Positions 26,930-35,475 of a DNA stretch of 37,897 nucleotides are shown here, one piece after another. The first letter of the stretch is position 1. Every line of letters starts with the position of its first letter. Where the stretch lies: positions 1 to 37,897 of IMG/VR virus record IMGVR_UViG_3300033562_001313; one strand, given 5' to 3'. Source of the DNA: a virus. Its lineage: Duplodnaviria > Caudoviricetes. The translations under genes and the position numbers were made by a program. Under the pieces are notes generated by a model, which was not told where the DNA came from, did not search any database, and saw only the letters and a program-made list of their open reading frames with translations.

Positions 26930-27156
26930 AAACAACTTTAACTGCCGATTATTCTCTACCCCCTCCGCTCCCCACTCCGCCGATCGCCAACCCGCCGATC
27001 AGCGCAGCGCCGATCGCCCTGCCGCCTGTTTTGGCCGGTACGAAGATCTATTTGGCCCCGGCCGTTTTGCCAGCGGCCGGCAACAAAAAAACTGATATCC
27101 ATATCATTGGTTCGTTCGCTCATTGTCGAAATCTCCTTTAAAACAACTTTAACTGC
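26924..27156. repeat. 22-bp direct repeat duplicating the 3' end of mor
   Basis: CCTTTAAAACAACTTTAACTGC at 26924-26945 and 27135-27156. Confidence 0.9.
26956..27123 (-). CDS. 55-aa Arg-rich (D/E)RR-repeat peptide (not in ORF track)
   Basis: MSERTNDMDISFFVAGRWQNGRGQIDLRTGQNRRQGDRRCADRRVGDRRSGERRG*; AAGGAG RBS. Confidence 0.7.
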   Translation of the reverse strand: MSERTNDMDISFFVAGRWQNGRGQIDLRTGQNRRQGDRRCADRRVGDRRSGERRG

Positions 27157-27473
27157 TTATCTTCACCCGGCTCCCGACCGAGAATATTCCATATATGCCG
27201 TGAACTCATGCCGACGGAACGGGCGATATCATCGACCCTTTCGCCGCTGTTATAACGCTCGATAATGCGCTTGTCGCGGACCTTGCGGCGTAGGTTGTCG
27301 ACATTATGGAAGTAGACGCTTGTGCCGCGAAAGGCTGACTCCAGGGCCAGGGCCAGCCGCACGCCCATTCCCGGCACCACCGACTCCAGCGCCCTGGCAA
27401 GGGATGCTAGTTCGCCCGGCAGCTCGTCTATGGTCGGCAGGAATTCATCGGGCAGTTTGGTCAGATCGTCCAT
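27138..27473 (-). CDS. Mor/C-family transcription activator
   Basis: ALESAFRGTSVYF, RDKRIIERYNSGE, C-terminal HTH. Confidence 0.88.
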   Translation of the reverse strand: MDDLTKLPDEFLPTIDELPGELASLARALESVVPGMGVRLALALESAFRGTSVYFHNVDNLRRKVRDKRIIERYNSGERVDDIARSVGMSSRHIWNILGREPGEDKQLKLF

Positions 27474-27487
27474 ATCGTCTCCCGTTG

Positions 27488-27904
27488 TTAATCAAAAGCA
27501 ACATCCATCCGGGCGCCCCAGGCCTTCAGGGCCTCAATCAACGTGTGGCATTCCGACCCGCCGCACCACTTGAGGTTATCGATACCGGTGGTCTTCTTAA
27601 CAAAGGCCTGCAGGGCGCGATCGGCGCCATTCTTCACCACTCCCGCCTTATGCAGGGTTATCCACATGGCGACGATCTTGCGCTGTTGCGGCTCGTCATA
27701 TTTGGGAGATTTCTTGCCCTTTGTCCCTCGTTTTGCCTGCCAGCCGAGGTGGCGGAAATGCTTGTAGAGATCCTGCAGCTGCCAGAGGGTCAGCTCTTTT
27801 GATGACTCGATCTTATATCTGTCTGAAAGCAGCTGGTGCTTGTCGAGGCCAAGCTCTTTGCAGGCGATATTGATCTTGGCGTAATCAGCGTTGCTCGGCG
27901 GCAT
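27488..27904 (-). CDS. GemA / Mu gp16 (DUF1018)
   Basis: AKINIACKELGL, ESSKEL, KIVAMWITL, ALQAFVKK, LIEALKAW. Confidence 0.88.
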   Translation of the reverse strand: MPPSNADYAKINIACKELGLDKHQLLSDRYKIESSKELTLWQLQDLYKHFRHLGWQAKRGTKGKKSPKYDEPQQRKIVAMWITLHKAGVVKNGADRALQAFVKKTTGIDNLKWCGGSECHTLIEALKAWGARMDVAFD

Positions 27905-28127
27905 GGGTGACCCTCTCGTTTTGCGACAATACATAGCGGGCATACCGTACCGGCTCGCCGAAGCGGTTGAGGCTTTCCACCAGGTGGGTCTCGATTTCGT
28001 GGCCTGTGCGCAGATCGTTGATGCGGGCGGCCAGTCGCAGCACCCCGTATTCCTGGATGGCTTGAATCGGATCGATCGAGCCGAAGCGGTGCAGATGGCG
28101 GAGAATCTTGTCACATTGGGTGTCCAT
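27885..28127 (-). CDS. Winged helix-turn-helix protein
   Basis: TQCDKILRHL..GSIDPIQAIQEYGVLRLAARINDLR..ARYVL; GGAGG RBS. Confidence 0.8.
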   Translation of the reverse strand: MDTQCDKILRHLHRFGSIDPIQAIQEYGVLRLAARINDLRTGHEIETHLVESLNRFGEPVRYARYVLSQNERVTHAAEQR

Positions 28128-28260
28128 GGGGTTCCTCCATAGTAGTTTGGTCATCATCGTCATCCCAAGCGCATGGCCCGTCAAACAGATATGCGGTGCA
28201 TACTGGGCAGAGGGACTCAGAGAGATCCACGTCCGGCGATCCGCAACCGGCGCAGATCAT
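28111..28260 (-). CDS. 49-aa zinc-ribbon peptide (not in ORF track)
   Basis: MICAGCG...LCPVC...WDDDDD; ATGA overlap with the upstream stop. Confidence 0.55.
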   Translation of the reverse strand: MICAGCGSPDVDLSESLCPVCTAYLFDGPCAWDDDDDQTTMEEPHGHPM

Positions 28261-28811
28261 GTCAATCGGCTTTTTTTCCATGTATCCATCTCCTCATCGG
28301 TTGGTTTATCATCGCGCAACCCCTGAATATACTGATCGAGCGGGCTGCTGATTGCTTGCGGGGTGTCCTCGCGGCCCACCGTCCGAGCCTGGCGCTGCTG
28401 GGCATAACCGGCCTTTTCCGCCCTGGCGTCGGCCTGATTGGCGAGATCGTAGGCGATGGCCTTCATATAATTATGGTTCGGCATGGGGACGGTCAGCCGA
28501 TCACGGCGCTCGACCATCTGCTCCATGGCCAGCGCCCAGATTTTCGGTGGGCAGGGACGGGCAGGGCGCTTGTCGACCTGGACATGGCCCGCGGCGACAA
28601 GAGTCTTGATGTCGGTCATCAGCCGCACCGCCTTTCGTGCCTGCAGCGCCCGGCCGGCAACCGGACGAAAGAGCGACAGGTAGAAGAAGACCACGCCTTG
28701 CACGTCTTTCGGCATCTCGGCAAGGATGGCGCAGATCTGCCGGTTATCGGCCTCGCTGAGAAACCATTCAATCGGGGCGACGGCGCCGCATGTCTGACAG
28801 ATTCCGTTCAT
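28257..28811 (-). CDS. Conserved-type Mu-like early protein with N-terminal CxxC
   Basis: MNGICQTCGA; YLSLFRP; PMPNHNYMKAI. Confidence 0.7.
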   Translation of the reverse strand: MNGICQTCGAVAPIEWFLSEADNRQICAILAEMPKDVQGVVFFYLSLFRPVAGRALQARKAVRLMTDIKTLVAAGHVQVDKRPARPCPPKIWALAMEQMVERRDRLTVPMPNHNYMKAIAYDLANQADARAEKAGYAQQRQARTVGREDTPQAISSPLDQYIQGLRDDKPTDEEMDTWKKSRLT

Positions 28812-28990
28812 CGGTTTGTCCTTTCTGCCGCCCGCTGGCGGTCGTGTTGCTGCTGGTATTTACTGCGATTCCGGCCCTCGTTATGCGGGCAAGCAGCGCA
28901 CAGCTGCTGGAACTGGGCTGCGTCGCACCAGGCGATCGAAACCTTTTCACCACGCTGGCAGGGGCAGGTTATTTCCGCTATTTCCGACAT
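28808..28990 (-). CDS. 60-aa Cys-rich protein
   Basis: MSEIAEITCPC...WC...CAAC; GGAG RBS. Confidence 0.55.
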   Translation of the reverse strand: MSEIAEITCPCQRGEKVSIAWCDAAQFQQLCAACPHNEGRNRSKYQQQHDRQRAAERTNR

Positions 28991-28991
28991 A

Positions 28992-29363
28992 TTATCTCCG
29001 TCCCTGGCGTCTCTCAGCAAACAGCTGCTGCCGTTCCCAGCTGCCGATGGGGATGGTTTCCGGTTCTCGGCGCGGCGGGCGCGGCTGCGGTCCCGGTTTC
29101 TTTCTTTCGCCACTGACTTCGCCCACCAATTGCGGCCTGGGCTGGCGTTTGGTGTTGACATCATCCAACAGGCCGGAAAAATCATGGCCATGGTTGCGGA
29201 TGCGGCTCCACAGGGTTTCCACCTTTATGTTTTTTGAGCGGGCCAGCTGGAATACCGACATCACGCCGCGATTGGTCGGCTAGAGGCGAATATGTGGCGC
29301 GCCTTTAAACCTGCTTTTGGCGATAAAGGATGGTCCGGTTATTTTTAAAGGTTCTGGTGTCAT
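28992..29363 (-). pseudogene. HTH-like gene interrupted by in-frame TAG at 29282-29280
   Basis: GAGGA RBS + ATG 29363; MTPEP...HIRL*PTNRGVMSVFQLARSKNIKVETLWSRIR continues in one frame to TAA 28992. Confidence 0.6.
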
Positions 29364-29364
29364 G

Positions 29365-29399
29365 TCTATCCTCTGTTCTCTGATATCTGTCTTCTGCGC
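29365..29399. repeat. Degenerate heptamer tandem repeat (TCTGTCT-like x5)
   Basis: tctatcc tctgttc tctgata tctgtct tctgcgc. Confidence 0.6.
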
Positions 29400-29400
29400 C

Positions 29401-29460
29401 GGCTGCTCGTCAGATCGGCGGAACCACCCGCCGATGACCCCGGACTGGCCGGGGTTTCGC
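29401..29460 (-). ncRNA. Type II hammerhead ribozyme
   Basis: GC-GAAA-CCCCGG/CCGGGG-TC^-ATCGGCGG/CCGCCGAT-CTGACGA-GC; full catalytic core; loop GGTT can pair with 3' AGCC. Confidence 0.88.
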
Positions 29461-29462
29461 GC

Positions 29463-29675
29463 TTATTCCGAATACTCGCAGTACACCTGCGAGCCCTCGC
29501 CGTTCGTTACCGACCCGGCATAATAGCCGCACAGGGTTTTCTTTTGCGTCTCGGCGTCGATACTCAGGCAATCTGCTCCCAGCGGGCAGAAGGCTGTTAT
29601 TTTACTGCAAAGAATAATGGCCTTACGCCGCACTATCTGTCTTCTGTCTTCTGTCTTCTGTCCTCTGTTCATCAC
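29463..29675 (-). CDS. Small Cys-rich protein with heptamer-repeat-encoded N-terminus
   Basis: GQKTEDRRQ from the repeats; C..C..C..C..C pattern. Confidence 0.55.
   Translation of the reverse strand: MMNRGQKTEDRRQIVRRKAIILCSKITAFCPLGADCLSIDAETQKKTLCGYYAGSVTNGEGSQVYCEYSE
29636..29670. repeat. Heptamer tandem repeat TCTGTCT x5
   Basis: tctgtct tctgtct tctgtct tctgtcc tctgttc. Confidence 0.8.
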
Positions 29676-30298
29676 ACCCCCGCTACATCAAGCGCGATCT
29701 GCTCCCAGCGGTCGCTATCCTGCACCCGCTCGTAGATGCGCACATATTCACGGCTGCCGGCCACGGTCAGACTGTCGTTGATCGCCGACATGGCCCGTTT
29801 CCAGCGGTCATCCTCAATGTTGAATTTGCGCAGGGAAAGAATGCGCTTGGTATTGACGTTGCCCTGCCGGTCGACCTGGAAGGCGTCGTTAACCAGGGCT
29901 TTGAGTTCCGGCCCGGAGGTGGCAGTCCAGTCATTGAGGCATTTGTCGATCAATTCCTTTGCCACCTGCAGCCGCTCATCAAAAACGAAATGCTCGGCAA
30001 AGGCCCGGCTTACCCGGTACCGGCCGTCAAAGCTCATCAGCGTCACATTGCCTTTATTGCCGCCGATCTCGGTTTCATACTCCGAGGCTGACAGGGCGAT
30101 AAACTGTTCGATCTCCTCAAAGGCGGCAGACTTAAAGACCTGCAGAATGGCGTTGACTTCGCGGGCCTTGGCGACCATCTTTTTCACCAACTCGTCGCGG
30201 ATGCGGTCGATGTCCTTGACCATGGCCAGCGGCACCAGCCGGCCCTGGGCATCCTCCATATAGCCTTCCGGGATCTGTTTCTTTTCAAGCTGCTGCAT
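29672..30298 (-). CDS. DUF3164 family protein (at the Gam position)
   Basis: GYMEDAQGRLVP, GGNKGNVTLMSFDG, FDERLQVAKELID, YVRIYER. Confidence 0.85.
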   Translation of the reverse strand: MQQLEKKQIPEGYMEDAQGRLVPLAMVKDIDRIRDELVKKMVAKAREVNAILQVFKSAAFEEIEQFIALSASEYETEIGGNKGNVTLMSFDGRYRVSRAFAEHFVFDERLQVAKELIDKCLNDWTATSGPELKALVNDAFQVDRQGNVNTKRILSLRKFNIEDDRWKRAMSAINDSLTVAGSREYVRIYERVQDSDRWEQIALDVAGV

Positions 30299-30659
30299 GT
30301 TGCCCTCCTTGATAACTTTGTGCTTTCGAGCCCATATAATCCCTGGCCCGCTGGATAAATGTCTCGGCGGCGAACATCGCCGTCAGTACCTGATCGTCGG
30401 ACATCTCCGCCGGATCTGCGTCCCAGCCCAGGACATCCCGCAGGGCGATGGCGTGGCTGACGGTATCGGCCCTGGTGGATAACAGCCGCCGCCCCAGGGC
30501 GACATGATCCGGGGTAACGCTGCCGATCAACGACACCATATCGCCCTTCATTTCCCGGATAATGTCCGTTTCCGTGTCCATCCCGGCCATGCTGACCGCC
30601 GGTTGAATTTCGTTCAGTTTCGTGATTATGCGCTTGGCTGCTTCGATTATATTTTGCAT
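30285..30659 (-). CDS. Hypothetical early protein
   Basis: AAGGA RBS, operon context. Confidence 0.65.
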   Translation of the reverse strand: MQNIIEAAKRIITKLNEIQPAVSMAGMDTETDIIREMKGDMVSLIGSVTPDHVALGRRLLSTRADTVSHAIALRDVLGWDADPAEMSDDQVLTAMFAAETFIQRARDYMGSKAQSYQGGQHAAA

Positions 30660-30686
30660 GGTTTTATCCTTTTTTATAAATTGCCT

Positions 30687-31016
30687 TTAAAGTTCTTTTC
30701 TATCGGTATTCAACGGGCATTTCAGGCAGGAACGATACAGCTGTACCCTGAGGGGATTCGCGGTGGTAAACGGCGTTCGCCGTTCGAGAACACACCTGGA
30801 AAAGCCGATCTCCCCGAGCACCGGGCAGACGACGATCCGCTGGCCGAAAACTTCTTCAACCCTCTGCAGCACCTTTTCCAGAGCCCCCTGATAACAGCCG
30901 CCGAGCACCTGGCTGATGGTGGCGGTTGAATAACCGAGCATCTTTGCCACCCGCGACTGGCTTCTGTGGTTGGCCACCGCATCCCGCAGCAGATCGAGCA
31001 GGCTATTCTCCGTCAT
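30687..31016 (-). CDS. HTH protein with C-terminal Cys cluster
   Basis: SQSRVAKMLGYSTATISQVL; CPVLGEI...C..C. Confidence 0.8.
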   Translation of the reverse strand: MTENSLLDLLRDAVANHRSQSRVAKMLGYSTATISQVLGGCYQGALEKVLQRVEEVFGQRIVVCPVLGEIGFSRCVLERRTPFTTANPLRVQLYRSCLKCPLNTDRKEL

Positions 31017-31593
31017 CGCTATCCTCCCCCCACATGACCTTCTTCAGGTTTTGATCCCACACCCGCTTGATCCGTTGCACCATCGGCGGCTTCGGCCCGG
31101 TGAACATATGACGAAGGAAGATGTAGCGGCCGTCTTTATCCCGGCGCAGATAACCGGCACGAAAGAGAAAGCCGCAATAATTCTCGGCACTGCTCAGCTT
31201 GACGATACAGTCCGGCGTCGAGGCGTTTACCGCCAGCTCCTTGGCGCTGAAACTTTGGATGATGTACATCGACCGCCACATATTTATCCGTCCCTGGCCC
31301 TGGGTCACCGGCTTGCCGTCCCGCGATACACGCGGGGCATCAACGCCGACATCCTTGATCAGGGTAAAGAGTCGGGCATTGTCGCCGCTTTCTTCCCGCA
31401 GATATCCGGCATTAGTAAGGCCCCGGACATAATCGAGGACGGAGGAGGCTTCAAGGGTGGTGGCCAGGTACAGATCACGCACGGTAAATTGCCGTTTGCT
31501 GCGGATCAGACCCCATATGGCTTCCCGGCTGTCAAAGCCGTTGAGCTTGTCCATCGGTTTTCGCGTTGTTCGCTTGGTCGTTTGCGTTTTCAT
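31003..31593 (-). CDS. Tandem winged-helix protein downstream of B
   Basis: REAIWGLIR..FT, YVRGLTNAGYL, NMWRSM, TGPKPP; ATGA overlap with B. Confidence 0.75.
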   Translation of the reverse strand: MKTQTTKRTTRKPMDKLNGFDSREAIWGLIRSKRQFTVRDLYLATTLEASSVLDYVRGLTNAGYLREESGDNARLFTLIKDVGVDAPRVSRDGKPVTQGQGRINMWRSMYIIQSFSAKELAVNASTPDCIVKLSSAENYCGFLFRAGYLRRDKDGRYIFLRHMFTGPKPPMVQRIKRVWDQNLKKVMWGEDSDDGE

Positions 31594-32351
31594 TGGAGAA
31601 TCCTCGCTTTCGGAGACTCTCCGGTAAAGAATTTGCGCGTTCCCCATTCGGCCAGATCGATACTTCTCAGACCAAGCCCGGCGGCATGTTCCTGCACCAG
31701 GCCGAGGTTGACGATAATCCGCCGAACCGAGCCATGGCTTGATTTATGGATCGCCTGCAGCAGATCAGCACCGATCTCCAGATCCTGCACATACAGCCTG
31801 GCCAGGTGTTGACAATCGTCAAAATCCGCCGGTTGTGCGGCAATCCAATCGAGAACCCGGCCATGGAATCGCTCCCAGCGTTGCAGCTTGTTCGGCAGCA
31901 GCTCCTCGCCGATCAGCAGGATGGCTGCCTGCGAGCCTTCATAAATATCGCGGATCATTTCCACCGCTTCACGCTTGACGATATGGTCAAACTCATCGAC
32001 TATCAGCGGCCTGCCGGAGGCGGAAAGCTGATGGCAGATCTGCTCGACCATCTCATACATGGCCTTCTGCGGAGGGATGCCCATAACCTTGAGGATTGCC
32101 AGCAGAACCGCCTTGCGCGTCCAGGTTTCCATACACTGGATATAATAGGCGTCCTGGGTATTGGCGACGTATGACGCCGCCTTTGATTTTCCCCAGCCGG
32201 AAGGCCCGTAAAAGCAGACAAAGCCCGGCAAGTGCGACGGCCGATCAACCGCCCGCAGCAGTGCTTTACTGCACATGCTGACGTTGGTCAGGGGGGCGGT
32301 TGTCGCAAACACCCCGGTTTTTTGATTGTTGCAAACTCCTTTTTGTGTCAT
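31590..32351 (-). CDS. Transposition ATPase (MuB-like AAA)
   Basis: Walker A GPSGWGKS, Walker B LIVDEFD. Confidence 0.92.
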   Translation of the reverse strand: MTQKGVCNNQKTGVFATTAPLTNVSMCSKALLRAVDRPSHLPGFVCFYGPSGWGKSKAASYVANTQDAYYIQCMETWTRKAVLLAILKVMGIPPQKAMYEMVEQICHQLSASGRPLIVDEFDHIVKREAVEMIRDIYEGSQAAILLIGEELLPNKLQRWERFHGRVLDWIAAQPADFDDCQHLARLYVQDLEIGADLLQAIHKSSHGSVRRIIVNLGLVQEHAAGLGLRSIDLAEWGTRKFFTGESPKARILQ

Positions 32352-32432
32352 ACTTTCTCCTGTTGAAGTTGATGTTGAAACTCCGGTTCTTGGCCGGAGC
32401 GAGTTGAGCCGTGGTTCGCGCCACGGCTTTTT

Positions 32433-34517
32433 TTATGCCTGGCGCTGTTGGCCAAGCGTTTCTTCCACTGATCTGAAAGCCTTAAAGCTGCTGCTGTTCC
32501 GATAGGAGGAATAGAAGAGCAGCTCCCTTTCACTCAGCCCCCGCGACGCTTTTAGCCGGGCGTCAAGCTCATGCCAGAACAGGTATTTCCCTTTATCATC
32601 CTCGGGGATCTGGATGGCGGTCGCCTGGCTCTTCATCTCCAGCAACAAGGCGTCCTTATCTGCCTTGATCGTTTCTTGCTTCTGCAGTTCAATGGCCTCG
32701 GATGCCGGTTCGAGTTCGATAAACCCTCTGGCTTCGGCCATGATCTCTTCCCGTTTGTTGTCGACCAGTTCAAGCCGCCGTTTTTCTCGCTGCTGGCGGC
32801 TGTATTCGACAAAGGGCACGGGGAAGGCATCCTTGACGTTTTTGCCGAACTGCGCCCGGCAGATCAGGCTGTGCGTCATATCCCTGACCTTCACTTCACG
32901 GCCGTCATGGACATCGTATTCGACAATAACCTCATGCCCGTGATATCCCTCAAGGCCCCTGTTATAGTAGGTATTACCGAAGATCGAGACTTCACAGCGA
33001 TTGGTCTTTCTGATCATCTGCGGCCGCTGCAGGTCCTCAAGAATTTCCGCCGGCAGGATTGAAGGACGCCAGCCCTCAAACAGATGCTGCGCCCACATCT
33101 CCAGCGGTGCCATATGGCGCTTGCGGCCGCTGTTCGGATCGGTGACCTTCGGCAGGCCACTGTGCGGACGGCGGTTATAATCATCAACCGTTTGCTGGCA
33201 AAGCTGGAGGAACTTGTCCCATGACAGCAGGTCTTTATGGGTGCAGGTTCCGGTTTTCTTCACCTCGCGGTCCATCACCAGGTAAATACTTCTCGCCTTG
33301 GAGCTGTCCATATCCTCGCCGGTGTATGTCTCCAGTTTTTTCGCGGCATTTATCCACAGGGAAACGTTTGAGCGCTCAATGAGTCCGCGCCCCTGGGCGT
33401 TGCCCGGTCTGCCGGCCTGTGCCTCTATCCCGGCTCTGGCCAGCACGCCGACAACCTCGTTGCTCACCATATGCGAAGTATTGCCGGCGCCCTGGTCAAA
33501 GTAGAGAATGGCAAAGGTTCCGCCATAGGGCTTTTCGTCTGTTACCTGGAGGGAATGGATGATTGCCCCGGAGACGGTCATGGCCGATTCCGACAGCCAG
33601 GCGCTCCAGCCGGTGCACACCCTGGTTTTCCAGTCGATAATGCCGCAGACCTCCGGATGAAATGGCCGTCCGTGTTCAGGATGGGCGACGCGGGCCTTAA
33701 AGGAATGGCCGTCGCACTGACCGATATCCAGGGGTAAGAGATTCTCCGTTGATCTGCGGACAAAACCCTTAAATTGCTTGAGAGCACCGGCTGAATGTCG
33801 GCCCCGCTGGCAATCCAAAGCATGGCGTTTCTGTTGAAAGCGGTAGACTTGCGAAAGAGAGGGCAGGGCGATCTCCGCCGGCATGATAGCCTTCATATTC
33901 TCGATTGCCGTGGCCACGGACGGCTTCTGTGGCAACTGGTAACATTTGAGGAAGTAGGGCGCCCAGACGGGTATCTCACATGAACTTGCGCCTTTTGGTG
34001 CCAACCCGACAATGCCCTTTTCCTGGACGGTTTGATACCAGCGGAGCAGAGTTGATTTTGACAGCTTCCGCCCGGCTTCGCCGCTTCTCGCATTGGCGAC
34101 CGGCACCAGTTTTTGTAGATGTTCCGGCAGTTCTTCATATTTTGCCAGGGCCACCAGCTTCTTCCACGCCCTGGTTGTGCCGAAGGTTCTTTGTAATCGT
34201 TCAAACTCGCGAAAGAGAATAACCCGAGCCTCGAAGATATCCCTCTGCCATTTTTTAAGAGCGCTTAAATCAATGCTTTCATCTTCTTCAATAACGGCCA
34301 GGACCTGCTCCGGTTGGGTCTCGGCCATGGCCAGGCGGTGCAGGTGCATCTTGGTTTTTTCCGGCAAAGTTGACAGGTGATACTCAAAGCCGCCGCCTCG
34401 CTCAGTCCGGTACCGGGCGATAAACTGCTCGTTTTTGGCTTTGTAATTTACCCCCTGGATGGTTGTCGGCATGCCGTCCAGGCCGGCAAGCTCTTTTGCT
34501 GTATACCAAGCGTTCAT
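32433..34517 (-). CDS. DDE transposase (MuA-like)
   Basis: N-terminal WYTAKELAGL Mu DNA-binding domain; CDGH, FDQGAG, GLIER catalytic triad; YNRRPHSGL. Confidence 0.95.
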   Translation of the reverse strand: MNAWYTAKELAGLDGMPTTIQGVNYKAKNEQFIARYRTERGGGFEYHLSTLPEKTKMHLHRLAMAETQPEQVLAVIEEDESIDLSALKKWQRDIFEARVILFREFERLQRTFGTTRAWKKLVALAKYEELPEHLQKLVPVANARSGEAGRKLSKSTLLRWYQTVQEKGIVGLAPKGASSCEIPVWAPYFLKCYQLPQKPSVATAIENMKAIMPAEIALPSLSQVYRFQQKRHALDCQRGRHSAGALKQFKGFVRRSTENLLPLDIGQCDGHSFKARVAHPEHGRPFHPEVCGIIDWKTRVCTGWSAWLSESAMTVSGAIIHSLQVTDEKPYGGTFAILYFDQGAGNTSHMVSNEVVGVLARAGIEAQAGRPGNAQGRGLIERSNVSLWINAAKKLETYTGEDMDSSKARSIYLVMDREVKKTGTCTHKDLLSWDKFLQLCQQTVDDYNRRPHSGLPKVTDPNSGRKRHMAPLEMWAQHLFEGWRPSILPAEILEDLQRPQMIRKTNRCEVSIFGNTYYNRGLEGYHGHEVIVEYDVHDGREVKVRDMTHSLICRAQFGKNVKDAFPVPFVEYSRQQREKRRLELVDNKREEIMAEARGFIELEPASEAIELQKQETIKADKDALLLEMKSQATAIQIPEDDKGKYLFWHELDARLKASRGLSERELLFYSSYRNSSSFKAFRSVEETLGQQRQA

Positions 34518-35245
34518 AAGGCACCGGCAAAACTCTGTGGTTCCGCGTCTGTCTCCTTAAAGTTCTCAAGGAGTAACAGCAGCCGCTCATAAACCACGGC
34601 CTTTGAGGTATGGCGCCAGTTAGCCCGCCGTTCCTTCTCAACCTGCTGCCATAAGGCGGTCCACGCCGCCGCGAATTCCTCGGATATCTGCGGCTTTTTC
34701 TCTTCGCCCTCGGTTTTTTTGGTTGCTTCCAGCCGGATGGCCTCCTTGACTGCCCGGCCGAGCTTTTCCCCGCGAATTTTACTCACGGCCTTACGCACCT
34801 TTCCGGCGGTCACTTTTCCCTTATTGATACTTGCCTGTTCAAGCACGTTGCGCCACGCCAGCACCTGGTCATCCGGGCTAAGACGCGCCAATTCCCTGGC
34901 TTGCGCCTCGTTTTTCGGCGGGACGAACTCGATTTCTGTCGATTCAAAATGTCTACAATTGTAGACATTTTCCACCGCCGAAGCGGCCGAGATAAGTTGA
35001 TACGCCCTACACCTTGCCATCTCCCAGATTTCACGGCAATAATCCTCAAAAGTCCGTCCTTCCTCTGTTCGATACAGCCGCTTTTCGTTTATCTCCGCCA
35101 GGGCGTTACCGACAACAACAAAGCCGATAAAATTCTCTTCGATGGATTTCTCAAGCACCGCCAGCCGGCTCGACTCATCCTTAGTCAGAGGCTTTTCCTC
35201 AACAATAACAACCCCGGTAGCTTGCTGTCCTTTAGTCGGTTTCAT
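34514..35245 (-). CDS. DUF3102-like DNA-binding protein
   Basis: VGNALAEINEKRLYR, TFEDYC, AYQLI, NEAQARELARL; ATGA overlap. Confidence 0.65.
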   Translation of the reverse strand: MKPTKGQQATGVVIVEEKPLTKDESSRLAVLEKSIEENFIGFVVVGNALAEINEKRLYRTEEGRTFEDYCREIWEMARCRAYQLISAASAVENVYNCRHFESTEIEFVPPKNEAQARELARLSPDDQVLAWRNVLEQASINKGKVTAGKVRKAVSKIRGEKLGRAVKEAIRLEATKKTEGEEKKPQISEEFAAAWTALWQQVEKERRANWRHTSKAVVYERLLLLLENFKETDAEPQSFAGAL

Positions 35246-35475
35246 AGTGCTTTCCTTTGCATGTCGGCGGGGAGATCGAGATATTCTTCCGGGCATCCGA
35301 TGTTGATGAGGTGCCGCAACACCAGCCGGTCACTGCGCATGCCTAGTAAAGTGTGATTAACCTGGGTCTTGTTGCGTTGCTGCAGCTCACGGACAATGTC
35401 CGCCTGGCGTATCCCGTGCAGAACCAACCATGCCATGGCGCGCCGCCTGTTACGTTTAACCGCTTGTTTTTTCAT
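35242..35475 (-). CDS. Ner/Cro-like HTH regulator
   Basis: GIRQADIVREL...VNHTLLG; position upstream of A. Confidence 0.65.
   Translation of the reverse strand: MKKQAVKRNRRRAMAWLVLHGIRQADIVRELQQRNKTQVNHTLLGMRSDRLVLRHLINIGCPEEYLDLPADMQRKAL

Noticed and set aside
32352-32432. Two hairpins between A and B as a ribozyme
   Set aside because: No ribozyme core nucleotides; likely ordinary mRNA processing or stability hairpins
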